Below are positions 16,089 through 25,587 of a stretch of 64,000 bases of DNA, piece after piece. The notes under the pieces were generated by a model. That model saw nothing but the letters and a program-made list of their open reading frames with translations. It ran no database searches and was not told the origin of the DNA. The DNA is from a virus. The position numbers were made by a program, and so were the translations under genes. How positions within the stretch are numbered: position 1 is the first letter of the stretch; each line of letters starts with the position of its first letter. Location of the stretch: positions 96,001 to 160,000 of the IMG/VR virus record IMGVR_UViG_3300045988_139374; one strand, written 5' to 3'.

Positions 16089-16811
16089 TTATTCATCATA
16101 ATATTTAATCTCTGCATTCTTATGAAGCCTAAATCTAACTTTAATAGGATTACCATTTTTTGCAACGATAAAATCATATAGTTTTTCTAGAAAAGCAATA
16201 TTGAATACATCGTCATCATTTCTAATCTTCTTTTCTAGAATTCTAACTTGCTTTCTACCATTCTTTTCAATAATGGCTTTCTCATCAATAGTAAATACGT
16301 TTCCTCTTTCTGTTGCTGCAAGATAACCAAATACTCTATCTAGAAATTCAATATTATCAGGATGCATATTCCTATTATTACGAGCAGATTTCCACCAATT
16401 CAATTCTGCTTGATAAGATGAATTTCCATTATTATATGCCATATTTGCTCCTAGATAATCACACATAAGTTCAACAAGATATCTAAGAGGAATACGTACA
16501 GCATATCCTCCTTCATCAAAATCATCTGTCCAAAATTCATAATGATGAGGATTACATGCCTTATGATGCATCCAAGGTTCAGAATATCCGCAAATTTGTT
16601 TATTCTTAATAATAGGAGATAATCCAGGAGTGGTATACTTTACGTTTGTAATAAATTCTTTTGGAGAAAATTTAGAAAGATCATGTGTTAATCCAACAAA
16701 AGGCATTCCACATCTGGAGCAATAAATATATACATATTTCTTATGATTAAGAATAGTTTTAAGATGGAGTTTCATTTTCTTCCATGTAAAATCTGTATTA
16801 AATTCTTCCAT
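16089..16811 (-). CDS. HD-motif protein (DUF5662-like, tentative)
   Basis: Track ORF 16089..16850. The ATG at 16811 follows AAGGAGAA. Motifs LTHDLSKFSPKEF and WMHHKACNPHHYEFW match my memory of the HDxSK / HH..N.HH.EYW family. Confidence 0.45.
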   Translation of the reverse strand: MEEFNTDFTWKKMKLHLKTILNHKKYVYIYCSRCGMPFVGLTHDLSKFSPKEFITNVKYTTPGLSPIIKNKQICGYSEPWMHHKACNPHHYEFWTDDFDEGGYAVRIPLRYLVELMCDYLGANMAYNNGNSSYQAELNWWKSARNNRNMHPDNIEFLDRVFGYLAATERGNVFTIDEKAIIEKNGRKQVRILEKKIRNDDDVFNIAFLEKLYDFIVAKNGNPIKVRFRLHKNAEIKYYDE

Positions 16812-16833
16812 AATTATTTTCTCCTTATAATCA

Positions 16834-17832
16834 TTAAGCAAAATCAGCACATTTTTTAAAAGTAATTGTCATCTGACAATTCATATGATCTCCACTACGA
16901 AGATAGATCTCATGCTTTTTTAGCATATAATACACTCCAGTATATTTGGGGTTATCTTCATAATTAGCTAGAGTATATTGTTTATTAGGAGTAAAAATTC
17001 TACTATCCATATCGATTTTAGAAATAATAAGAGTACTAGCATTTTCGGCAATCTTAGTTTTAAGATTAGATGCAGCATTCTTATCTTCAGATACTGTAAT
17101 AATAGAAGATCCACTATCACTAATATTAGTAATCTTAGAAGTATTAACTGCAGAAGATTGTAGATTTGTGCCTTGCTCTACATTAACTGCACTAATATTT
17201 CCAATAATAGAACTAGAAGATCTATCAATAGAAATTTGACAGTCAGTTCCTGGCACATAAATAATATATGCATCTTGATCAGGATCTTCTACGATACCAG
17301 AAGATAGTCCTTGATATTTTGTGAGATCTCGAACATCAATTGCTATATTAGGATGATCTCCATCTTTAGCATCAATATATGAACCATCAAAACTTCTTAA
17401 ATAAGTTTTCTCGAAATCCATATAAAACATATAATTTCCTTTATAGAAAGATGCTTTATTATTTAGATATCCAATAAACTTAACTACAGAACTTAGATTA
17501 GGACATACAAATGTTTTAATTGAAGTATCGTGATCAAAAGGTTGCAATACAAGGTTATTCATATCTTTCAAAGCTTCTTTTACTAAGGCTTGAGTGGATT
17601 TTCCTTGCATAATTCCACCAAAAGATTTTTGATTCTTCTTTTGTAAATCTAGACTGTATAGTCCAATTCTACAATTCTTATATGATGTACCTCTATCTTC
17701 ATGTAATTCATCAAGTTCTTTATAAGAATTAGGATCGTCTGCCATTAAATAATCAAATTCTCCATAAATAACTTTCTTAGGAGTAGCAGATGTAGATCCT
17801 TTATTTCTTGTGGAATAAAGTTTTAGATACAT
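16834..17832 (-). CDS. Hypothetical protein (structural-looking, Ser/Thr/Asn-rich middle)
   Basis: ORF track. The start lies immediately after the stop of the 17834 gene. Confidence 0.65.
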   Translation of the reverse strand: MYLKLYSTRNKGSTSATPKKVIYGEFDYLMADDPNSYKELDELHEDRGTSYKNCRIGLYSLDLQKKNQKSFGGIMQGKSTQALVKEALKDMNNLVLQPFDHDTSIKTFVCPNLSSVVKFIGYLNNKASFYKGNYMFYMDFEKTYLRSFDGSYIDAKDGDHPNIAIDVRDLTKYQGLSSGIVEDPDQDAYIIYVPGTDCQISIDRSSSSIIGNISAVNVEQGTNLQSSAVNTSKITNISDSGSSIITVSEDKNAASNLKTKIAENASTLIISKIDMDSRIFTPNKQYTLANYEDNPKYTGVYYMLKKHEIYLRSGDHMNCQMTITFKKCADFA

Positions 17833-17833
17833 C

Positions 17834-18028
17834 TTACTCTTTATTATATGTAGATGGAAGTAGATTTACGTTGATATAAATAAGAGGCATCATCTTATTT
17901 TCATAATCATGATCTACTGTAATATATCTAATACATTGCTTAGGAATTTCTATTGCTTTATCTTCGCCTTCTTTATTAAAGGCCAATTCACATTCATAAG
18001 TAAAAGTACTGATAAAAGCTTTCCCCAT
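17834..18028 (-). CDS. Small hypothetical protein
   Basis: Track ORF 17834..18070. The ATG at 18028 is preceded by AAGGAGGA. Confidence 0.6.
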   Translation of the reverse strand: MGKAFISTFTYECELAFNKEGEDKAIEIPKQCIRYITVDHDYENKMMPLIYINVNLLPSTYNKE

Positions 18029-18117
18029 TTTGCTATCCTCCTTAATAGAATTATATAGGAGTGAACCCAATAAGAAATTTTAGAAAAGAGGAGGATCATA
18101 TAAGATCCTCCTCAATT

Positions 18118-18798
18118 TTATTCCCAATATTCTAAAGATGATTGTCCAAAGAAAAATGCTTTAATTCTGCAGAAAATATAATGAATATATTCTTGCCTAC
18201 AGATATTATACAATATAGATCTATCAGATACAGGATTCTTTATATCTCTTGCGATGCATTTTTTAATTTCAATATTCTTAATTCCTTTAATACAATCCAT
18301 ACGAATATCTAATATTGCAGAATTATAAAAAGTGCAAGGTTCATAAAAGATAGAATCATGCCAATTGGAAAAATTCATTAAACTATTGCTGAATAATACT
18401 CTATTGAATTTACAATGACTAAATAAAGCTCTATCCATCTTACAAGTCTCAAATCTCATATGCTTGAAACTACAATGCTCACTCCAACTAGATACAAGGT
18501 TTGACATTGTGAAAGAAGCAAAAGAGAAATCACAATCGTCAAAATGGACACTATCTAATTTAGTATTAAAGAATTTTGCTCCAAAGAAATTACAATGCCT
18601 AAAAACAGATACGTCTAAATTTGCATTAGAAAAATCTACATTTTGAAAGCTTGCATATTGAAGATTTTTAAATGACAGATCCATCCCGCTAAGATCTAAT
18701 CCATCAAATATTGCTCTATATGACTCCCAATCTTCTACGTCTTGTGCAAGATAATGAGCGTGTCTCTCAAGAATCTTATTAAGGGTTTCCTCTGTCAT
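18118..18798 (-). CDS. Pentapeptide-repeat protein (Qnr/MfpA-type beta-helix predicted)
   Basis: About 24 consecutive five-residue repeats have L/F/M at the central position, running from DLSGM DLSFK NLQYA SFQNV DFSNA NLDVS VFRHC NFFGA KFFNT KLDSV HFDDC DFSFA through LFSNS LMNFS. AAAGAAAGGAA lies upstream of the ATG. Confidence 0.8.
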   Translation of the reverse strand: MTEETLNKILERHAHYLAQDVEDWESYRAIFDGLDLSGMDLSFKNLQYASFQNVDFSNANLDVSVFRHCNFFGAKFFNTKLDSVHFDDCDFSFASFTMSNLVSSWSEHCSFKHMRFETCKMDRALFSHCKFNRVLFSNSLMNFSNWHDSIFYEPCTFYNSAILDIRMDCIKGIKNIEIKKCIARDIKNPVSDRSILYNICRQEYIHYIFCRIKAFFFGQSSLEYWE

Positions 18799-18911
18799 AC
18801 TACCAATTCCTTTCTTTTTAGAATAATTAATTAGGAGTCGATTTGATTATAAACCTTAAAAATGGCTCAGTGGAACACTAATATAATCAAATCTAAGGAG
18901 GTAGATGATCA

Positions 18912-21900
18912 ATGGTCGTACTTGAAGATCTTAAAGATTTGCTTATGTATAAGAAGCAATTCTTCCTTCCTGTGAATATGAAGGATAAACGTCATGGATC
19001 TGCAATCATGCTCATGACCCCAAATTATCAGTCATCTATGCTAGCAATGACTGAACCTTATACACTAAATAGACGTACCTTTGAGTCTTATTATATCGAA
19101 AAAACTATTACAAGATATATTCAACAACAGACTGAATCTGTTGTTGAAATTACTGATCCTGGTGAGTATCTTTTTGAAGTTGAATTGACTTCTAAAGAGA
19201 GAAAAGAACTTGATGATAGTGAATTCGGCATTCCTGAACAAAGAAGATATCCTCTGAATGATGAATCTCATGTACTAGCTGCTATTAGATTCTTTAATCA
19301 TGTAGAAAAGGAATATGAAGCAGAACTTGCTAAGAATATCATTAAAAAGATTAAAGAATATGATATGGCTGACAAAGTTCATGTAGGAGATGGAAATAGA
19401 TTTAAGCCCTATTGGGAAAAATCTGGGCTTGCTAATAAATCTACTAATGAATCTGGTCAAATTGTTAAATCTGCTCCTGATCCTGAGGAATATAAGAAAA
19501 CTCTTATTAATGCAGTAAAGGATACTCTTCATCTTAAGGGATATAAATGTGGAATTCATAAAGATGATAGATGGGGTACTGATGAATTTATCAATGGTGT
19601 GAATTCTCTTTATATTGGCAGATATGATGATACAGAAATTAAAGATGTAGTCAATCAAATCAAAGCTGTTATTGGTCCTGGATATAAAGTATGTGAAGAC
19701 GATTTTAATACTGTCTTTATTGATGGTCCTAATAAAGCAATGAGAGAATTCACTGAAGATGAATATTTCAATGAGTTTAATATTAAGAGCTTTATTAGTG
19801 GTACTGCTATATCTTCTGCTAATAAGAAGATGAATAAGGATTATCGTCTTCTAACCTTTACTGGATATGAAAGAGATATCAATGTTGTGCAGAAGTATAT
19901 TGATCAAGAATATATTAAGGCATGCATGGCAAAAGTCAAACAAAAGATGCCTTATGATAAGATCAATATTATTTGCTGTGGTGATGGATCTAAGCCTGAA
20001 GAATTTACTCCTACTTCTGTTCTGGTATATACTCCTGAGGCTTTTAAACATGCCGGTGGAAAGTTTGGATATGGAGACTATATTAAATATATTCTCCAGC
20101 TATATGCAGTTTATTGCATCAAGATGCCTATTGGAAGCAAATATGAAAGAGTTCTAGATAGTCTTGCAGAACCTGCTGCTATTCTATTTTCTGGAGTTGC
20201 AGCAAAAGAAATTGCTAAGAAAACTAATGATGATCAATTTACTGTAGAACGAGTATTCCAATATATTATTGATAAAGATGGCATTGATACACTACTTAAA
20301 ATTCTCAGATACAATGCAACTGCTGCTGTTATGAAATATGCAGCAGAATATGGAAAGATTTATTATCCTATTAATAGATCTCTCTTTGTAGAAATAGCTG
20401 AAGAGAATGAAGAATATCTAAAATCTCTTCAAGAAGATACTACTATTCCTGTTCCTAATCCTATGCCTGATAGTATTAGAAAGCTTGGAAATACTGCAGA
20501 ACGCATTAAGAGAAGGCTTAAGTCTAAGACTATTTATAAGCTTAATAAACTTAAAAGAGATCTTGAAAAAGGAACTGGAGATTCTGATAATCCTGGATAC
20601 ACTATTCAAAGTCTTGATGTAGGTATTCCTACTCCTTCTAATGGATCTTCTGCTCCTAGTGAATCTTTCAGTCTTTCTAAACTGAATCTCTGGTCTCAAG
20701 GAGATTATGTAAATGAAAATGGATTTGTATATCTATTTGAAGATTCTACAAAATATGATATGCAACTTCGTAAAGCTCTTTATAGAGATAGATTGAAAAA
20801 TGATAAAGCTGTTATTCAGCTATATAAGAAGGTAAAAGCTGATATGCCTATCATCAGATATACCTTTGTTAAAATGAATAGATACAATAACCGTAATCTA
20901 TTCTATGATCTATCTTATTACAATGAGTCTTTCTTTAGAAATATGGCTATGATCAATGATAGTGATCGTAAAAATATTATGAGACTCTTTAAAACCTATA
21001 TTGAGCTTATGGAACGTCTACTAAATGATGATTCTCTAAGTGGATATTCTAAGAAAACTGTTTTTATCCCTGTACTAGATTGGAGACATAATAACTCTCT
21101 AAAGATGTGGATGTATAAAGAGGATATTAATCCTATTTCTGCCATCTATTATTATATGAGAAATAATCCTAAAGAACTCTCTAAACTATTTGGAGATAAA
21201 GACGTTGTTTTTCTTGGAGCTAAAAATTACTTCAAAGTAAACTTTGCTAAGGATGATTTTAGTAAGAGTGGAAATGTAACTAAATTCCTAAATCTTATTA
21301 AAAGAATTGTAGCCCTTGGGTATAATTCTCCTGCAGATCCTGATCCTGAAGGTGAGCTTGAAGATTCTCCTAAGGGAATTGCTATGGCTATCATTGATAA
21401 GGTTGAACAATCTAAAAATGTTCAAATCAATGATATCTCTAAACTAGATAATCTTTCTAATGATCAGAATCTTTATAATGATCAACCTGCAAAGGCAAGT
21501 ATGATTCCTGATGAAACTGCTGTGAAAAAGAAAGTAGTAGATACTGCATATAAAGTATCTGATGATGTGGTCACTACTACTTATGCAACAAATGTCAAAA
21601 ATAAGGTTGTTAAAGTTTCTGTAGATAGAAAGACTGTTACTAAAGAAGAGAATAAAGCAGCCACTGGAGTATCTGGTACCAAATCTGTAAATAGTACTTC
21701 TTCTAAAGAAAAGAAGGATGCTATTGTTGACTCTGTTGCTCAGGCAGCAAGAAATTCTGACAGTGTAGATACTGCTATGAATAAACTTGATGACGATCAG
21801 CAGTTTAAAGATATGGTCAATGCTATTCAGAATGATGATGAAGAGAATGTCAGAGTTGATAAGTCTCAAGCATCTGCTGTTATTGCTAAGCAAGAAGAAT

Positions 21901-24900
21901 TTCATAAGAAAGACGTTGAAGGAAAATCTGTTCAGGATCTTCTAAATGTGGATACCGCAGAAAAAGAATTGCCTGAAACTAAGTTAAAAGTATCTTCTAT
22001 CAATGACGATTGGCAACATATGACTTTCATGAACTTTGATAAAGATTATGATCCTGATAGTGATATTGTAAAGATGCTCGATGCTATGCAGCATTGGACT
22101 TATCCTATTGCTGTTACAAATGTTAGTGTTAAAGATAATTCTACATCTGAAGACATTGTAAATCTATGGACCATTGAATGTATAGATTATAAGAAAACTA
22201 AGTTTACACTTAAGGTTGATATTCCTAAATTTATCAATGGATCCAACTTCCTAAAACTCCGTGGCAATGAAAAGACACTGATGATTCAATCTGCACTTCT
22301 ACCCATTATCAAAACTGGTTTGGGAGAGTGCCAAATTATTGGTTCTGGCGGATATAACAAGATCTTTGTCAGAAGATTTGGTTCTCGTAAGGGTCAATCT
22401 AATGCCTATGCTAATAAACTCATTAGAGCTATTAGCAAGTATTGTGATAAGCATGATGATATTAAGTATGTAGCTGGTGATAATACTAAGGTTTGTACTA
22501 AATATGAATTGCCTATCGACTATATTGACCTTGCCCAAGTATTTAACTCTATTGAATCTGCTGGTCTAAAGATTTTCTTTAATCAAGATGAACTTAGATC
22601 TGAATATGAAGTGGATGATACTAAGGGCATTCCTATTGGTGTATTTACTCAATTTGATTCTAAGGATAAGACTGGTAAGGATGTAATCATTTACTATGAC
22701 GGAACTTCTAGTCCTACTCTAGCTGGTTATATCACTACTTTGCTATTTTATAGATCTCAGGAGTTTATGGAATTCTATAATAGTCTAAAGATTACTGGTA
22801 CTCGCTGTACTTATTCTAAGGCTAGTATTTTGAATTGTGAGATTCCTGTTATTCTAATTTGCTCTTATCTTGAGGGTCTGATTAAGACCATGAATAAGGC
22901 TGGAATTAAGTATGAATTCGTACAAGAGCTAAATAAGGATATCAAATATAGTACTTATCAGGATTATATTGAATTCTCTGATGGCTATCTTGTATATGAA
23001 GCAAATTACTCTTCTAGCATGCTTATGAATGGTCTTAAGGAAAATGATACTTCTTCTTATTCCATCAAGGATGTAAATAATAGAAGAATGTATCTAGAGT
23101 TCCTTGAGACTTATACTAATAGTCTAAATTCTGATGGTCTAGAAAACTCTTATGACTGTATGATTGATCCTATTACTAAGGAAATTCTTGAGAGATTCAA
23201 GCTTCCTAGTGATTACGTTGGTATTCTAATCCATGCAAGTAATATGCTTGCAGATAATAAGTACATACGTCATATCGATCAAGGTGGTCGTAGATGGCGT
23301 CGTAAAGAACTTATCGCAGGTTACTTCTATAAAGCTCTTACTACTTCTTATCAGGATTATGCTAACCAGAATCGTCATACTCGTAAGAGAACAAAGATGA
23401 CGATTAAGCAATCTGCTGTTATCGATCTAATTGTTTCTAAAGACCCTGCTACCTCTGACCTTTCTATTAACAATGCTCTAAATGACGTTGAATGCTCAAA
23501 CTCTGTTACTAACAAAGGTCTAGTTGGTATGAATGTTGCTCGTGGTTATACTATTGCTACACGTGGATATGATGATTCTATGCTTAATCTATTAGGCATG
23601 GATACTGGATTCTCTGGCAATGTTGGTATTAATCGTCAAGCAACTGTTAATGCTAATATTGAAGGTGGAAGAGGATTTGTTAAAACTATTGATGGTAATA
23701 CAGATAAATTGTCTTCTGCTGCTTCTTTTACTATGACAGAAGCTGTTACTCCTCTTGGTACTACTCATGATGATCCTCCTAGATCTCTGATGACTTATGT
23801 CCAGACTTCTAAGCACATGATTCGTTGTGATAATAACGATCCTACTCTACTTACTACTGGTGCGGATGAAGCATTGCCTTATCTGACTTCTGATATCTTT
23901 GCTTATAAAGCTAAGGAAGATGGTAAGATTGTAGAATTGGTACAAGAAGGTTTTGGTAAGAGAAACTATATCGTTGTAGAATATAAGAGTGGTAAACATG
24001 AATTTATCAATCTTTCTGAAGAGGTTAAGAAAAACTCTGATGGTGGATATTATGTGCCTATGAAACTTGATACAGATATGAGTGTTGGTAAGACTTTCAA
24101 AGCTGGTCAAATTCTTGCATATGATAAGCTATCTTTCTCTAAATCTCTTGGCGAATCTGGTAATCTAGCTGCTAATATGGGCACTCTTGCAAAGATTGCT
24201 ATTATTAATACTGATGAAGGATTCGAAGACTCTGCAATGATTACTGAATCTTTTGCCAATAAACTAGGAACTCAAGTTATTCAAGGAATTGAAACTAGAC
24301 TAGAGAAAGGTTCTAATATTCAGGTTAGTAAATATCTTGGAGATCAAGTTATGGAAGGTGATACTCTATTCACTTTCCAAGCTGACTTTGATGACGAAGC
24401 TATGAATAGCCTGCTCAAGAATCTAGCAATGGATGCTGGTGAAATTTCTGAATTGGGCAGAAATCCTGTTAAATCTAAATATACTGGTATCGTATGTGAT
24501 ATTCAAATCTATCGTACATGCGATATTGATACTTGCTCCGAATCTCTACGTAAATTCATTGGACTTTATGAGAAGAGAGTTAAAGATATCAAAAAAGTAT
24601 ATGATCAGTACGGAATTGATTCTGCCATTCTTCCTAAGACTGGTAAAGTTCCTGAAGTTGGCAAAACTAAAAATCTAGATGATTCTGTTCTAGTAATCTA
24701 TTATATCAAATATACAGATACTATGTCTGCTGGTGATAAGATTACTTTCTATTCTGCAAATAAGGGTATCATTAAGAAGATTATTCCTAAGGATGTAGAA
24801 CCTTATACTGCTTTCAGACCTAATGAGCATATTGATAGTTTCATGTCTCTAAGCTCTATCTCTGGACGTATGACTTGTTCTATTCCTCTATTTGCAGCAA

Positions 24901-24977
24901 CTTCTAAACTTATGGTAGAATTGGATAGATCCGTTAAAGATCTAGCTGGAATTCCTTACGACGAGAGTCAATTGTAA
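18912..24977 (+). CDS. Giant 2021-aa protein: about 1000-aa N-terminal extension fused to a multisubunit RNA polymerase beta-subunit-like region that ends shortly after the GDK...NKG motif
   Basis: AAGGAGG upstream of the ATG. Near residue 1520, SINNALNDV...RGYDDSMLNLLGMDTGFSGNVGINRQ aligns by eye with the E. coli beta segment NNPLSE...[28 protein letters not shown]. Near residue 1940, SAGDKITFYSANKGIIKKIIPKDVEPY...RM aligns with [25 protein letters not shown]...SRM. Confidence 0.75.
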   Translation: MVVLEDLKDLLMYKKQFFLPVNMKDKRHGSAIMLMTPNYQSSMLAMTEPYTLNRRTFESYYIEKTITRYIQQQTESVVEITDPGEYLFEVELTSKERKELDDSEFGIPEQRRYPLNDESHVLAAIRFFNHVEKEYEAELAKNIIKKIKEYDMADKVHVGDGNRFKPYWEKSGLANKSTNESGQIVKSAPDPEEYKKTLINAVKDTLHLKGYKCGIHKDDRWGTDEFINGVNSLYIGRYDDTEIKDVVNQIKAVIGPGYKVCEDDFNTVFIDGPNKAMREFTEDEYFNEFNIKSFISGTAISSANKKMNKDYRLLTFTGYERDINVVQKYIDQEYIKACMAKVKQKMPYDKINIICCGDGSKPEEFTPTSVLVYTPEAFKHAGGKFGYGDYIKYILQLYAVYCIKMPIGSKYERVLDSLAEPAAILFSGVAAKEIAKKTNDDQFTVERVFQYIIDKDGIDTLLKILRYNATAAVMKYAAEYGKIYYPINRSLFVEIAEENEEYLKSLQEDTTIPVPNPMPDSIRKLGNTAERIKRRLKSKTIYKLNKLKRDLEKGTGDSDNPGYTIQSLDVGIPTPSNGSSAPSESFSLSKLNLWSQGDYVNENGFVYLFEDSTKYDMQLRKALYRDRLKNDKAVIQLYKKVKADMPIIRYTFVKMNRYNNRNLFYDLSYYNESFFRNMAMINDSDRKNIMRLFKTYIELMERLLNDDSLSGYSKKTVFIPVLDWRHNNSLKMWMYKEDINPISAIYYYMRNNPKELSKLFGDKDVVFLGAKNYFKVNFAKDDFSKSGNVTKFLNLIKRIVALGYNSPADPDPEGELEDSPKGIAMAIIDKVEQSKNVQINDISKLDNLSNDQNLYNDQPAKASMIPDETAVKKKVVDTAYKVSDDVVTTTYATNVKNKVVKVSVDRKTVTKEENKAATGVSGTKSVNSTSSKEKKDAIVDSVAQAARNSDSVDTAMNKLDDDQQFKDMVNAIQNDDEENVRVDKSQASAVIAKQEEFHKKDVEGKSVQDLLNVDTAEKELPETKLKVSSINDDWQHMTFMNFDKDYDPDSDIVKMLDAMQHWTYPIAVTNVSVKDNSTSEDIVNLWTIECIDYKKTKFTLKVDIPKFINGSNFLKLRGNEKTLMIQSALLPIIKTGLGECQIIGSGGYNKIFVRRFGSRKGQSNAYANKLIRAISKYCDKHDDIKYVAGDNTKVCTKYELPIDYIDLAQVFNSIESAGLKIFFNQDELRSEYEVDDTKGIPIGVFTQFDSKDKTGKDVIIYYDGTSSPTLAGYITTLLFYRSQEFMEFYNSLKITGTRCTYSKASILNCEIPVILICSYLEGLIKTMNKAGIKYEFVQELNKDIKYSTYQDYIEFSDGYLVYEANYSSSMLMNGLKENDTSSYSIKDVNNRRMYLEFLETYTNSLNSDGLENSYDCMIDPITKEILERFKLPSDYVGILIHASNMLADNKYIRHIDQGGRRWRRKELIAGYFYKALTTSYQDYANQNRHTRKRTKMTIKQSAVIDLIVSKDPATSDLSINNALNDVECSNSVTNKGLVGMNVARGYTIATRGYDDSMLNLLGMDTGFSGNVGINRQATVNANIEGGRGFVKTIDGNTDKLSSAASFTMTEAVTPLGTTHDDPPRSLMTYVQTSKHMIRCDNNDPTLLTTGADEALPYLTSDIFAYKAKEDGKIVELVQEGFGKRNYIVVEYKSGKHEFINLSEEVKKNSDGGYYVPMKLDTDMSVGKTFKAGQILAYDKLSFSKSLGESGNLAANMGTLAKIAIINTDEGFEDSAMITESFANKLGTQVIQGIETRLEKGSNIQVSKYLGDQVMEGDTLFTFQADFDDEAMNSLLKNLAMDAGEISELGRNPVKSKYTGIVCDIQIYRTCDIDTCSESLRKFIGLYEKRVKDIKKVYDQYGIDSAILPKTGKVPEVGKTKNLDDSVLVIYYIKYTDTMSAGDKITFYSANKGIIKKIIPKDVEPYTAFRPNEHIDSFMSLSSISGRMTCSIPLFAATSKLMVELDRSVKDLAGIPYDESQL

Positions 24978-24988
24978 AAAAAATAAAT

Positions 24989-25015
24989 CCCGGTAGAGAT
25001 TAACTCTCTACCGGG
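24989..25015. terminator. Bidirectional terminator between convergent genes
   Basis: Stem CCCGGTAGAGA/TCTCTACCGGG with a 5-nt loop. An A-run lies upstream and T-rich sequence downstream. Confidence 0.75.
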
Positions 25016-25023
25016 ACTTTTAG

Positions 25024-25311
25024 TTATTTTTCAAATGTGAAGCTGTGCTCATCCTCACGATTAAGAACGATATCAAATGCAATCCTGCACATCATATCAT
25101 CCTGATAATCCTTTGAAATGATAATGTTCTTACACTTCATTGCATAGAGGACCATCATATTATTATAATCATCTTCTTCCTTGCTATCTGCAAAGACAGC
25201 ATAGAAGATATTATCGTCATTGGTCATCTTTTTGAGATCAGTGAGGCGAGACTGAATCTCTTCTTCAGTCTTTCCCTTAGTAGGGAGCAAGAGAAAAGTA
25301 CCATTAATCAT
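25024..25311 (-). CDS. Small hypothetical protein
   Basis: ORF track; GAAAGGAAGGAA upstream. Confidence 0.65.
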   Translation of the reverse strand: MINGTFLLLPTKGKTEEEIQSRLTDLKKMTNDDNIFYAVFADSKEEDDYNNMMVLYAMKCKNIIISKDYQDDMMCRIAFDIVLNREDEHSFTFEK

Positions 25312-25332
25312 ATTAAAACATTCCTTCCTTTC

Positions 25333-25575
25333 TTAAAAAATATTACCCTGAGAATCTTGCATACACTCCTTACCACACCAAGCACAAATGCAATGATTTG
25401 AACAGCCATCATAATAAGTCCATTGAATCTGAGAAGGCCAGCAATGCCAACCAATATTACAATAGAATTTTCTTAAAGGTTTAACAAACCCTGCAATTGC
25501 CCAGAAAGGGAAAAGCATTAAGCAACCAATAGAAAATGCTGAAATTGCATAAATCGTAATATCAAAAGCATCCAT
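25333..25575 (-). CDS. Small membrane protein with Cys/Trp-rich C-terminus
   Basis: ORF track; GGAGGAA upstream. TM-like stretch ITIYAISAFSIGCLMLFPFWAIAGF, then CNIGWHCW...CSNHCICAWCGKEC. Confidence 0.65.
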   Translation of the reverse strand: MDAFDITIYAISAFSIGCLMLFPFWAIAGFVKPLRKFYCNIGWHCWPSQIQWTYYDGCSNHCICAWCGKECMQDSQGNIF

Positions 25576-25587
25576 TTATATTCCTCC

